64,000 nt of DNA from Alphaproteobacteria bacterium (GTDB lineage: Bacteria > Pseudomonadota > Alphaproteobacteria > JAJTHO01 > CANGYM01). Shown piece by piece: positions 48,058-57,783 of the stretch (its first letter is position 1; each line of letters opens with the position of its first letter). The stretch is taken from contig JBILMD010000002.1 in NCBI GenBank assembly GCA_044375675.1, positions 105,104-169,103 on the forward strand, read 5' to 3'. A program made the translations under genes and the position numbers. Under the pieces are notes generated by a model. That model was not told the origin of the DNA. It searched no databases and saw nothing but the letters and a program-made list of their open reading frames with translations.

Positions 48058-51000
48058 ATGGCGAATCATCCTATTTTTTCTGATGAAAAGAAAGATCTCT
48101 TTGTTTATTTGTTAGATAAACAAAGAGAAGTTGCCGGAGATGAGCAAGAGGATTTTCAGACAGCCTTGGCTATTTATCAGGGAACCTTTGAGGGCCAGAG
48201 AGAGGGTGCACACAATCCTGTTTTAAATCCTAAAGTGGCCAAATATTTACTAACGATTATTGAAATCGAAAGGATTGCGGGAGAGGTTTCCACCTTTCGT
48301 TATAAAGAGGATAATAGATCAGAGAGCGTGACACCTGTTGAGGGTACCCCTAGATTTTTGATAAAAAATATGAGGGATGCTGGTGTACCTTATAAGGAAG
48401 CTTTGGAAATTCTTGCGACCATTCAAGATCACCCTGTTTTAACAGCCCACCCGACCAATACCCTTGATTCACAACGGCTTATTGTTCATCAAAACTATAA
48501 AAACGACCTTGTAAGGCTGGACCCCCGCACAAATCCCGAGGCCATAGATAACATAGTCATAGGGTATTTAACATCTTTGAATGGACAGCGTTTGGTTGCA
48601 GATAATAAGAGTGTTGAAGAAGAGGTTCGAGATGCACTAACGCATGCTGGAAACCGTTGGGAAGGCATAGAATTTATTTATGGAGCCTTTGAAAAAGCTT
48701 TGAAGGAATATTATCCGGCAGAGTATCGTGACGGAGATCTTAAGCTCAATTTAAAGATCAGTTCTTGGGTCGGTGGCGATAAAGATGGCAATAAATCGAT
48801 TGATGAACAAACAACAAGGAAGACTATCCTTGCCCATGATGCTGAGGCTCGTCTTAAATTTACAGCAGCGATAGATCGTATCGCCGGAGATTTGACACTA
48901 AAGACATCCGGTGATGATCCTTTTCTGAAGCGTATCATGGATATTGTGCGTGATGATAAGCAGCCCGATGAGGGTCGGGATCTCAATCTTATGGATGTTG
49001 CGCCTATCCAAGAAGCTTTGGCATCTATGTTGGAAGATCTTTCCTATCAGTTTGCCAACAATTCCATCAGGCTTTTTCAACGTCAAATCGATTGTTTTGG
49101 GGGGACTGCAGGGAAACTGGAATATCGTGAAAATAGTGTACTATTAATGGAAGCCTTGGACGTTTTGCTGAAAGAATCCGTCCCTGGTTATGAAGCATAC
49201 GAAACTCCAGCAGACAAAGAAGAGCTTTATACCCAAATTTTGATGGGGGAACGTCCTGATATCAATTTAAATCATCACCTAAGAGTTCAGTTAAAAAAGC
49301 TGGAGGATAAAAAGGCTAGGGGAGAGAGTCTAGAAAAGAAGGAAAATGCCTTTGTGACGACCTTTGGTCGTTTTGAATTGGCCTTGTTGAATCCAGAAAT
49401 TATTGAAAATCATGTTATTGCTGAGGCCACAGACAATTTTCAAATCTTAGGGGTCGAAGTTATAAAAAAGGCAGTGTCCCAAAAATTAAACGATGAAGGA
49501 AAGACATCAACGCCACATTCTTTGCGGTTAACGCCCCTTTATGAAAGCCCAGAGGATATGGCCGCTATACCAGCAAGAATGGATGCACTTTTGGATAATC
49601 CTGCTTATCAGGATAGTTTAGAAGGGCAAAGAGTCCATTTTGGCTTTAAAAAGCTCTTTCAAGCGATTAAGGTGGCCATGAGCGATACCATGCGCCGTGG
49701 AAGCTTAGTGGGGGCTCGCATTGCTATACATCGGGCCATCAAGAAAACCCAAGAGGTCATGGTCAAATGCGGTGTCAGTCCACAGATCGATTTTGGGGGT
49801 AGTCAAACAGACCCGATGCGTGATGGCGGAAGAGCCATGGGATTCAAAGTCAAGTTGTACAAATTGTTATCGCATGGGTTAAAATATACATCGCAAGGAA
49901 TTGATCTGGTTCATTTTATGGGTGGTCCAGCAACAGGTCCTTTTTGCTTGGCCAATCTTGTGGCTTTGGGGCAGGGGCTTTTTAAAGACCGCTACACCCC
50001 AGAAAATCCCCCTTTGTCTCGTCTTAGCGATCAAGTTGACGATATTCTTTATGAGGCTTTGCCGGATATTGTTAAAAATTATGAAGACACCTTTTTTAAC
50101 GATCCCTTAACAAACGAGTTGCTTGAGGCACTTGATTATAATGGTATCACAACAGCTGGCAATTCATCGAGTCGTGCAAAAGGCCGCAGTGATAAGATTC
50201 GTATTCAAGATGTGCGCTCGATTAGCTTAACGGAAACTTTTCAACATAGTCAACTTGTTCCTGGGTACTTGGGATGTTCGGTGTTGAAAAGAAATATTTA
50301 TGAAAAAATAAACACTATTTTGGATGATTCAGCCAATCAGACAGAGTTGGCCAAATGCCTGCGTGTGATTGCATCCAATCATAATCATAGCAAAGATGAG
50401 GCGTTTTATAGCGCTGCTCTTAATTTTATGTTTAACCGTAGCCCTTTAATGAGGGATACTATGGATCGAGTTGGGCATTCTGTTGCTTGTACAAATTTTG
50501 AAACAGTTTGGAAAAGTCTTTTTAATGAACCTTTGCCTGCAGAGGAAAAGATTAATGCGCTAAAAGGGGAAAATTCGCTTCGGGGGCATCTGGTTCGGAT
50601 TATGCAGGACTATAGAGCAGGGGCTGCCGTATCCTATGCTGCTCAATCAGGCGAACCCCTTCAAGAAGTTTCCATTATAAGTACAGAAAAAAAGCTAGAA
50701 ACAATGTACCCTCATTTTCAAGGTTATTTTGTGGCAAATGATAATGTGTTTCCTTTTTTGGTTGAGGCACGAAAAACATTTGAAGAATTACGACAATCTG
50801 AAAATCAGGGCTCTTCACAGTCAAAGTTAACTGAAGAGAGGGTCGTTCATGCTATCGGTGATGGTTTGATTTTTTCGAACCCAGATGCAGCGAAATACCT
50901 ACTTTCTTGGGCTAATTTTTTAGCGGATCATCCGGAAATACAAGATCAAATCCAAAATAACGTCGGCAAAGCTAAAGAAATTTTAGTAGAGGCAGGTTTA

Positions 51001-51072
51001 ACAGACCATCAAAGCGGACATGAATGGTATAATACCATTTCAAAGTTTCTTAGAGTGGGGCGCACTGTTTAA
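48058..51072 (+). CDS. Divergent phosphoenolpyruvate carboxylase (PEPC)-like protein, 1004 aa, in a low-GC island
   Basis: PEPC N-terminal motifs sit at the expected spacing (VLTAHPT at ~aa 128; SWVGGDKDGN at ~aa 237). Later motifs are degenerate: GGSQTDPMRDGG where GYSDSxKDxG is expected, LVHFMGGPATGPF where FHGRGGxxGRGGxP is expected, and C-terminus RVGRTV rather than MRNTG. GC is about 36-40%, against a ~53% flank. Confidence 0.8.
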   Translation: MANHPIFSDEKKDLFVYLLDKQREVAGDEQEDFQTALAIYQGTFEGQREGAHNPVLNPKVAKYLLTIIEIERIAGEVSTFRYKEDNRSESVTPVEGTPRFLIKNMRDAGVPYKEALEILATIQDHPVLTAHPTNTLDSQRLIVHQNYKNDLVRLDPRTNPEAIDNIVIGYLTSLNGQRLVADNKSVEEEVRDALTHAGNRWEGIEFIYGAFEKALKEYYPAEYRDGDLKLNLKISSWVGGDKDGNKSIDEQTTRKTILAHDAEARLKFTAAIDRIAGDLTLKTSGDDPFLKRIMDIVRDDKQPDEGRDLNLMDVAPIQEALASMLEDLSYQFANNSIRLFQRQIDCFGGTAGKLEYRENSVLLMEALDVLLKESVPGYEAYETPADKEELYTQILMGERPDINLNHHLRVQLKKLEDKKARGESLEKKENAFVTTFGRFELALLNPEIIENHVIAEATDNFQILGVEVIKKAVSQKLNDEGKTSTPHSLRLTPLYESPEDMAAIPARMDALLDNPAYQDSLEGQRVHFGFKKLFQAIKVAMSDTMRRGSLVGARIAIHRAIKKTQEVMVKCGVSPQIDFGGSQTDPMRDGGRAMGFKVKLYKLLSHGLKYTSQGIDLVHFMGGPATGPFCLANLVALGQGLFKDRYTPENPPLSRLSDQVDDILYEALPDIVKNYEDTFFNDPLTNELLEALDYNGITTAGNSSSRAKGRSDKIRIQDVRSISLTETFQHSQLVPGYLGCSVLKRNIYEKINTILDDSANQTELAKCLRVIASNHNHSKDEAFYSAALNFMFNRSPLMRDTMDRVGHSVACTNFETVWKSLFNEPLPAEEKINALKGENSLRGHLVRIMQDYRAGAAVSYAAQSGEPLQEVSIISTEKKLETMYPHFQGYFVANDNVFPFLVEARKTFEELRQSENQGSSQSKLTEERVVHAIGDGLIFSNPDAAKYLLSWANFLADHPEIQDQIQNNVGKAKEILVEAGLTDHQSGHEWYNTISKFLRVGRTV

Positions 51073-51074
51073 CC

Positions 51075-53405
51075 CTACCTCCACAACCCCCGCAACCCCT
51101 CAAGAAGTTCCTTCTTATTCACCGGCGGAACTGGCTGTTGTTGTTCAGAGGGCGGCTGGGGGGTTAAACTCTTAACCCCCCGCACCTCAAACCGCCCATC
51201 CTTCAGCGGGATTAGGGCCTTGGCGCAGATGTCGTCGTTGGCGGGCAGAGGATTGGCGGGCAGTTTGCCTTTGTTTTGAATCAGGGACAACACGGTGTTT
51301 GTCAGGGTTTCCACCCCTTGCTTGCCCAAAGAGGCGCGGGGCGCATCCAAAGGTCCCGTAACCGATACCGGCACCGCCAAGGTCGCCAGCAGGGGGTCTT
51401 TGGGCGTGGGGGTTAAGGTCATGGCCACGGTGCTGGAGCCCAGAGTGATGGTGCCCGTTCCCCATACCTGCACGGCGGGGCTTTCCAGCAGCGTCACGGG
51501 GGTGGTGGCCACACCCTGAACAAAGGGCCACTTTGTGGCAATGCAAGAGAGGGGCAGCGTTTTTTGATCCCCCAGCAAAGCCCGCGCCAAATCACCGGAC
51601 ACAAAGGAGGAAAGCAGGGCTTCGCTTTGAACCGTGGCCGGCCCCATGCCCAAGGTGACATCCCCAGAAAGGGTGGCCAGCACCGTCTGAGGGGTGTGGC
51701 CGGTGCCCTGGACATTGGCCAAAAGGTGACTGCCCCCCCCCTGCATCGCAGAGGTCAGGCCGGTTGTTTTCAGCAAGGCCCCCACATTGGGATGGGTGAC
51801 ATTCAGCAGCATGGCCAAGGTTGCCTTGGGTGGGGTTGTGGGTTTGGGGCCCTGCGGCTGCGGCGTTAAAGAGGCCGAAAAGGTCATCCCCCCATCCTGA
51901 TAAAAACGCCCCCGACCCTCCATGGCCAAGGCGTCCTGTTGGGTGGCGCGTAGGGTGACTTGGGTCAACAGATCCCCTGCCTCTGCCGTTTCCCGAACAT
52001 GATCCAGACTGACCGTGATCACACCGCGCAGACCAGACCACGGGGTGGGATACAGGGTGATCTGCCGCCAAGAGGCGAGGGCAGGCTTGGGTGTTGGGGC
52101 GGGGGCGTCGTTTTGCGCGGCATTTTCAGACAACGCCGATGCCCCAGAGGGCGCAGCAGGGGCAGGGGCCGGTGTTTGCAGATCCGCCAACACCACCAGA
52201 GGGCTGCGTATATCCGCCTGCACCAACGTGGGGACGGCGGCCCCCTGTGGCCAGCGCAGGGTCCCGTCGCTTTCAACCGTCGTGGCGGTGCCCAGTGTGC
52301 CTTTCACTTTGCCCCACGTGATGACGTCACCTTTTTTCTGAAGGCGGCCTTTGACAGACAGGGGCTTTTGCAACAAAGGCACCTGAAATCGTGTGGCCAG
52401 ATCGGCAGATCCCGAAGACACCACCTGAATGGCCCCATCAAAGGATCCCTCTTTCAAACGGTACGTGCCGTTGCTGGTGACGGTGGCCCCCAGGCTGGTG
52501 ATCTCCCCTTGCGTCCATGTCACGGATTCCGGCGTATACAAAATCCCCATTTTCATGGTCATGGGCGGCAGATCCGGCGACGGAAACGCCTTGGGCCAAG
52601 CGGATGCGTTCAGGCTCAGGGTGCCCTCGGCTTTGCTGAGTGCCCCCAGATGTTTTGTGATGATGCCCGCGGCCGTAAATCCCACATCGGCCAGTGTGCC
52701 TTTCAGGGTGAGGGGGCTTTGTCCCGTGGGGGATAACAGGGCCAGACTGTCTTGAATCGTCCCCGAAAGACTCAGCGGGGTTTGGCGCAATCCCCCTGTC
52801 AGAGAGAAACGGTGCCCTTTGGTCTGGCCCTCTAGGGTCAGGTTGGCAATGTCCAGCGTTTCCTGTGTCGTTGTGTTGGTCCGTTGATCGGTGAAAAGAA
52901 TAACGCTGTCCCGAATGGACAGATTGCGGATCACCAGATGGGGGGCTGCGGGGGGTTTTGCAGAGGATGCGGGGGCTTGGGCATCGGTATTTGGGGTCTG
53001 TTGCGGGGCAGGGGGGGAGAGTGTCCAGTTGGTGTTGCCTTTGGGATCAATGGTCAGGCGCACAGTCATGCCGCCCACATCCAGCCCATCAACGACCACA
53101 TCCCCAAAAATTAAAGGAAGAAAGGCAATGTTCAGGTCGATTGTTTTGGCCTGCACCATCGGGCCGGTGGTGTCAAAGGGGGCATTGCTCAGGCTTATGC
53201 CATTCAGGCTCAGGCGTGGGGACAGTCCCCAATGAATGGCCATGTCGCCGTTTATGGTCAGGGTGCGTCCGGTGGCTTTTTGGACCTGCGCCACAATTTG
53301 ATCGCGCATATAGGGGGCTTTGATCACATCGTTTATGCTGTAAAGCCCGATGCCAAGCAGGACAACAATCCCGAGCAATGCCCATGCCAAAACCCGTAAA
53401 ACCAT
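51075..53405 (-). CDS. AsmA-family outer-membrane biogenesis protein
   Basis: N-terminal TM anchor followed by an AsmA N-domain (YMRDQIVAQVQKATGRTLTINGDM), a long Thr/Gly/Ala-rich beta-rich body and the AsmA C-terminus. Confidence 0.75.
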   Translation of the reverse strand: MVLRVLAWALLGIVVLLGIGLYSINDVIKAPYMRDQIVAQVQKATGRTLTINGDMAIHWGLSPRLSLNGISLSNAPFDTTGPMVQAKTIDLNIAFLPLIFGDVVVDGLDVGGMTVRLTIDPKGNTNWTLSPPAPQQTPNTDAQAPASSAKPPAAPHLVIRNLSIRDSVILFTDQRTNTTTQETLDIANLTLEGQTKGHRFSLTGGLRQTPLSLSGTIQDSLALLSPTGQSPLTLKGTLADVGFTAAGIITKHLGALSKAEGTLSLNASAWPKAFPSPDLPPMTMKMGILYTPESVTWTQGEITSLGATVTSNGTYRLKEGSFDGAIQVVSSGSADLATRFQVPLLQKPLSVKGRLQKKGDVITWGKVKGTLGTATTVESDGTLRWPQGAAVPTLVQADIRSPLVVLADLQTPAPAPAAPSGASALSENAAQNDAPAPTPKPALASWRQITLYPTPWSGLRGVITVSLDHVRETAEAGDLLTQVTLRATQQDALAMEGRGRFYQDGGMTFSASLTPQPQGPKPTTPPKATLAMLLNVTHPNVGALLKTTGLTSAMQGGGSHLLANVQGTGHTPQTVLATLSGDVTLGMGPATVQSEALLSSFVSGDLARALLGDQKTLPLSCIATKWPFVQGVATTPVTLLESPAVQVWGTGTITLGSSTVAMTLTPTPKDPLLATLAVPVSVTGPLDAPRASLGKQGVETLTNTVLSLIQNKGKLPANPLPANDDICAKALIPLKDGRFEVRGVKSLTPQPPSEQQQPVPPVNKKELLEGLRGLWR

Positions 53406-53478
53406 GGATAACCTCTTGCTGATGGATGAATTTCCGGTATAGTTGGGATCCAAGGACAAAAAGTCAAGGATATCCATA

Positions 53479-54495
53479 ATGACCATGAAACGCACATCCC
53501 TAGAAGGATATGATCCTAAAAAGGGATATGAGATGCTCATGGATTTTTGTCAAGGTCTGGAGCCTGTACGCACGGCGGTTTGCCATCCTTGCAGTGAAAC
53601 CTCTTTGCAGGGGGCGATCGAGGCAGCCGAGGTCGGCCTGATTATTCCCATCTTAATTGGTCCCAAAGCAAAAATTCAGCAGGTGGCCAAGGCGTGCGAT
53701 ATTGACCTGACCCCCTATGAAATCGTGGATACGTCCCACAGCCATGAATCGGCCAAAAAAACCGTTGAAATGGTACGCGCCGGCAAAGCCGATGCCATCA
53801 TGAAGGGCAGCCTGCACACCGACGAATTGATGGGCGAGGTTGTGAAAAAAGAAACCGGCCTGCGCACCGAACGCCGCATCAGTCACGTTTTTTTGATGTC
53901 TGTGGATGGGTATCACCGTCCCTTTATCGTGACCGACGCCGCCGTGAACATTTATCCAGACCTGATGACAAAGCGGGATATTTGTCAAAACGCCATTGAT
54001 TTTGCGCATATTATGCGGCATTATTATCATCCTAAGAGCCATCATACAAACCCTGTGAAGGTGGCCATTCTTTCCGCCATTGAAACCGTGAATCCCAGCA
54101 TTCAATCCACATTGGATGCTGCCGCCCTGTGCAAAATGGCGGATCGTGGACAAATCACGGGGGCTTTGTTGGATGGCCCTTTGGCCTATGACAACGCCAT
54201 GAATCTGGAGGCCGCCAAAACCAAAGGCATTCTCTCCCCCGTGGCCGGTGATGCCAGCATTTTGCTGGTGCCGGATCTTGAGGCCGGAAATATCTTGGCC
54301 AAGCAATTGATTTATCTTTCCGGCGCCTACGCCGTGGGCATGATCGTGGGGGCGCGGGTTCCGATTATTTTAACGTCCCGTGCGGATGGGGTGGAATCCC
54401 GCATTGGATCCTGCGCTGTGGCGGCCATGATAGCCCATTACCATAAGCACCATAGGGACAGCAGCAAAACGGTTTACGCCGCTGATCTGGCATGA
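53479..54495 (+). CDS. Phosphate acetyl/butyryltransferase (PTA_PTB family)
   Basis: PTA_PTB domain throughout (IVTDAAVNIYPD, SRADGVESRIGSCAVAA). The start codon is uncertain (MGSK / MTMK / MLMD). Confidence 0.78.
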   Translation: MTMKRTSLEGYDPKKGYEMLMDFCQGLEPVRTAVCHPCSETSLQGAIEAAEVGLIIPILIGPKAKIQQVAKACDIDLTPYEIVDTSHSHESAKKTVEMVRAGKADAIMKGSLHTDELMGEVVKKETGLRTERRISHVFLMSVDGYHRPFIVTDAAVNIYPDLMTKRDICQNAIDFAHIMRHYYHPKSHHTNPVKVAILSAIETVNPSIQSTLDAAALCKMADRGQITGALLDGPLAYDNAMNLEAAKTKGILSPVAGDASILLVPDLEAGNILAKQLIYLSGAYAVGMIVGARVPIILTSRADGVESRIGSCAVAAMIAHYHKHHRDSSKTVYAADLA

Positions 54496-54764
54496 GTGAA
54501 GGTTCCTATTTTCAGCGCATAACGGACAACCTGACGCAGGCGTTTCAGCCCACCTATCTGCTGGTGCGGGATGATTCCCACAACCACGCTGGCCACAGCG
54601 GTGCCCATGCCTTGGGGGAGACCCATTTTCATATTGCCATCAACGCCCCCGCCTTTGACGGTTTATCCCGTATCGCCCAACATCGTTTAATTTATGATGC
54701 CCTAGCACAAGAGCTGAAAGAGCGTGTGCATGCGTTGTCTATTGAGATTAAGGGCGTGCCATGA
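54492..54764 (+). CDS. BolA-family protein
   Basis: 90 aa with BolA HTH/class II KH fold motifs (HNHAGHSG...HFHIAI...F.GLSRI.QHRLIY). Confidence 0.8.
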   Translation: MSEGSYFQRITDNLTQAFQPTYLLVRDDSHNHAGHSGAHALGETHFHIAINAPAFDGLSRIAQHRLIYDALAQELKERVHALSIEIKGVP

Positions 54765-55759
54765 CATCCGCCCCCGCCCGCAACCCCCTGTTGGATCCTC
54801 AGATTCCCGATGAAGTATCGTCCTTGCGCCCCAAGCGTTTGTCGGATTTTATCGGTCAGGATCAGTTGTGCCATAACCTGAAGGTTTGCATTGATGCATC
54901 GAAGGCGCGGGGGGATGTGCTGGATCATTTGTTGTTTTATGGCCCCCCGGGTTTGGGCAAAACCACGCTGGCCCAGATTGTCGCGCACGAGCGCGAAGTG
55001 GGGTTTAAAGCCACCTCCGGCCCCCTGCTGACCAAAAGTGGGGATTTGGCGGCGATTTTGACGAATCTGCAGGCCCATGATGTGTTGTTCATTGATGAAA
55101 TCCACCGCCTGCCGGTTCAGGTGGAGGAGGTTTTATACGCCGCCATGGAGGATTTTCAGCTGGATATTGTTTTGGGTGAGGGTCCCTCTGCGCGGACGTT
55201 GCGTATTGATCTGCAGCCCTTTACTTTGGTGGGGGCTACGACGCGCTCTGGCCTGCTGACCAATCCGCTGCGGGATCGTTTTGGTATTTTGTGCCGGTTG
55301 GAATTTTACGAACCCCAAGATTTATGCCGCATTGTGCAGCGTGCCGCATCCAAGTGGGATTTGTCCATGCATCCTGAGGCCGCCATGGCCGTGGCCCGAC
55401 GTTCACGCGGGACGCCGCGGATTGCGGGACGGTTAATGCGGCGGATTCGGGATTTTTATACCCTGTCCGGACAGCCGCATTTGACGGCGGATCATGTGGA
55501 TGAAACGTTGCGGGCGTTGGATGTGGATGATTTGGGACTGGATGCCTTTGATCGTCGGTATTTATCCACCATCGCCGTGCATTATCAGGGGGGACCGGTG
55601 GGGATTGAAACGTTGGCGGCCGCCTTGGGCGAAGCCAAAGACACTCTGGAGGATGTCATAGAACCCTTTTTAATTCAACAGGGCCTGATCCATCGCACTC
55701 CTCGCGGGCGGATGTTGGCAGAGGCCGCGTTTCGGCATTTAGGGCTGGGGCCGGTTTGA
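54761..55759 (+). CDS. ruvB: Holliday junction branch migration DNA helicase RuvB
   Basis: Walker [12 protein letters not shown] and Walker B FIDEIHRL, sensor and winged-helix domains. No ruvA immediately upstream. Confidence 0.95.
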   Translation: MTSAPARNPLLDPQIPDEVSSLRPKRLSDFIGQDQLCHNLKVCIDASKARGDVLDHLLFYGPPGLGKTTLAQIVAHEREVGFKATSGPLLTKSGDLAAILTNLQAHDVLFIDEIHRLPVQVEEVLYAAMEDFQLDIVLGEGPSARTLRIDLQPFTLVGATTRSGLLTNPLRDRFGILCRLEFYEPQDLCRIVQRAASKWDLSMHPEAAMAVARRSRGTPRIAGRLMRRIRDFYTLSGQPHLTADHVDETLRALDVDDLGLDAFDRRYLSTIAVHYQGGPVGIETLAAALGEAKDTLEDVIEPFLIQQGLIHRTPRGRMLAEAAFRHLGLGPV

Positions 55760-55773
55760 AAAAGGGCAGGGGA

Positions 55774-57096
55774 TTAAAACCCCGCCGCACCAGAACGGGC
55801 GTAAGATCCGCCGCCCAGACGCTCTACCTTGGCCCCGCAGGCCTGCAACTTTTCAGGCAGACGAACATACCCGCGGTACAGGTGGTGAAGGCCCCCCACG
55901 GTGGTTGTGCCCTTTGCCATTAAACCTGCCAGCACCAAAGAGGATGAAGCCCGTAAATCCGTGGCCTCAACATCCGCCCCATGCAGGGGAAAGCCACCGT
56001 GAATGGTGCAGGTTTCCCCGTTCTGTGTGATGTGTGCGCCCATGGCCTTTAGCGCGGATACATGTTGAAAGCGGTTTTCAAAAATGGTTTCGGTGATGTG
56101 GGATTCGCCGGCAATGCTGGTCATCAGAACCATCATTTGCGCCTGAATATCCGTGGGAAACCCTGGATAGGGGGCGGTGGTTAATTGTGCCGGCTTGGGC
56201 TGGACCTCTGCCGCATTCAGGCGAAGGGTGGTGGCATTGATGGCCTGAACGTCAAAGCCCATGGCATGAAGACAGGCGATTTCCCCCTGAATATGATCTT
56301 TGTTGGCCCCTGTTAACGTGACATCCCCCCGCGTCAGGGCGGCGGCGATCAGATAGGTCATGGCCTCGATCCGATCCGGAATGATGGTGTGGGTGGCGCC
56401 GTGCAGGCGGGGCACTCCGTGGATGGTCAGGGTATCCGTGCCCGCCCCCTCAACCTTCGCCCCCATGGCATTCAGGCAATCTGCCAAATCAACAATTTCA
56501 GGCTCCTTCGCCACGTTGTGAAAAATACTGGTGCCACTCGCCAAAGAGGCGGCCATCATGGCATTTTCCGTGGCGCCGACGGAGGGCACGCGCAGGCGGT
56601 GTGTGGCGCCTTTCAGACCCCCCTCACAAAACGCATGAAGGGCGTTGTCTTTGTACTGGATGACGGCCCCCAAAGCCTGCAGAGCATCTTCGTGAACGTC
56701 CAGAGGGCGGGCCCCGATGGGGCAGCCCCCAGGCAAAGGCACGGTGGCCCGACCAAGGCGTGCCAGCAAAGGCCCCAGCACAATCACAGAGGCACGCATT
56801 TTTCGGGCGGCCGCCATAGGGGATTCGGCATTCAGGGCGTTTTGGGGGGATTCCAAAGACAGAGACAGCTCCCCGTCCTGAGGTTCCCTCAAGACAATGT
56901 GGGCCCCAATATCCCGCAGCAAGTCCATCATGACGCGGGTGTCGTTCAAATCGGGGACATTGTGTAAATTCAGGGGCTCTTCACTCAGCAAGCTGGCCGC
57001 CATAATGGGCAGGGCGGCGTTTTTGGACCCGCTGATGGACACCTGACCCCGCAAAGGGGTTCCCGTGCCCTGAATCATCATACGGTCCATGGTCAT
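55774..57096 (-). CDS. murA: UDP-N-acetylglucosamine 1-carboxyvinyltransferase
   Basis: EPSP-synthase fold and the conserved MurA N-terminus (GSKNAALPIMAA). 440 aa. Confidence 0.95.
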   Translation of the reverse strand: MTMDRMMIQGTGTPLRGQVSISGSKNAALPIMAASLLSEEPLNLHNVPDLNDTRVMMDLLRDIGAHIVLREPQDGELSLSLESPQNALNAESPMAAARKMRASVIVLGPLLARLGRATVPLPGGCPIGARPLDVHEDALQALGAVIQYKDNALHAFCEGGLKGATHRLRVPSVGATENAMMAASLASGTSIFHNVAKEPEIVDLADCLNAMGAKVEGAGTDTLTIHGVPRLHGATHTIIPDRIEAMTYLIAAALTRGDVTLTGANKDHIQGEIACLHAMGFDVQAINATTLRLNAAEVQPKPAQLTTAPYPGFPTDIQAQMMVLMTSIAGESHITETIFENRFQHVSALKAMGAHITQNGETCTIHGGFPLHGADVEATDLRASSSLVLAGLMAKGTTTVGGLHHLYRGYVRLPEKLQACGAKVERLGGGSYARSGAAGF

Positions 57097-57169
57097 GGGG
57101 GGTGAAGTTCCTTTTGATTCTTTTGTGAATGCACACTACACTCTTGCAGCAAAAGCGCAAGGCATAACC

Positions 57170-57763
57170 ATGATCATCTCAGAGTCCGACTGTCCCTTTA
57201 CCCTGTTTCAAAACTGGTATCAACACGCCGAAGCGGCGGAAATCAACGATCCCAATGCGGCCAATCTCTGCACGGTGGATCATCAGGGGCGCCCCAGCAG
57301 TCGGATTATTCTGGTGAAACAGGTGGACAACGATGGTTTTGCCTTTTTCACCAATTACAACAGCGCCAAAGCCCAGAATCTGGTGGCTAGGCCCTTTGCC
57401 AGCCTATGTTTTCACTGGAAAAGCCTGCGTCTGCAGGTTCGGATCGAGGGGATGGTCAGGAAAACAGATGCCGCCGTATCCGATGCCTATTTTGCAACAC
57501 GGTCCAGAGAAAGCCAAATGGGGGCGCATGCGTCTTTGCAGTCGCAAGGTTTGCCGGATTGGGATGTTCTGAATCAACGTTTTGCCGAAGTTGTCCAAAC
57601 CTTTCAGGATAAAGATGTGCCCCGTCCACCCCACTGGGGGGGATTTTTGTTGATGCCAGAGAGGATGGAATTCTGGCAGGATCAACCCCACCGTCTTCAT
57701 CGTCGTTTGGTTTATGACAAATGTCGCAGCCCAACGTGGGAAACGCGTTTACTTTATCCCTAA
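57170..57763 (+). CDS. pdxH: Pyridoxamine 5'-phosphate oxidase
   Basis: FMN-binding split-barrel and the PdxH C-terminal motif (MEFWQDQPHRLHRRLVY). Start chosen at MIISESD. Confidence 0.85.
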   Translation: MIISESDCPFTLFQNWYQHAEAAEINDPNAANLCTVDHQGRPSSRIILVKQVDNDGFAFFTNYNSAKAQNLVARPFASLCFHWKSLRLQVRIEGMVRKTDAAVSDAYFATRSRESQMGAHASLQSQGLPDWDVLNQRFAEVVQTFQDKDVPRPPHWGGFLLMPERMEFWQDQPHRLHRRLVYDKCRSPTWETRLLYP

Positions 57764-57783
57764 AGAATCTTGTAGGTACATCC

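Noticed and set aside
51187-52755. Multiple 100-260 aa ORFs on both strands within 51-53 kb
   Set aside because: All overlap the AsmA-family gene, whose Thr/Gly/Ala-rich, GC-rich sequence generates long open frames in other phases. None has recognisable domains.
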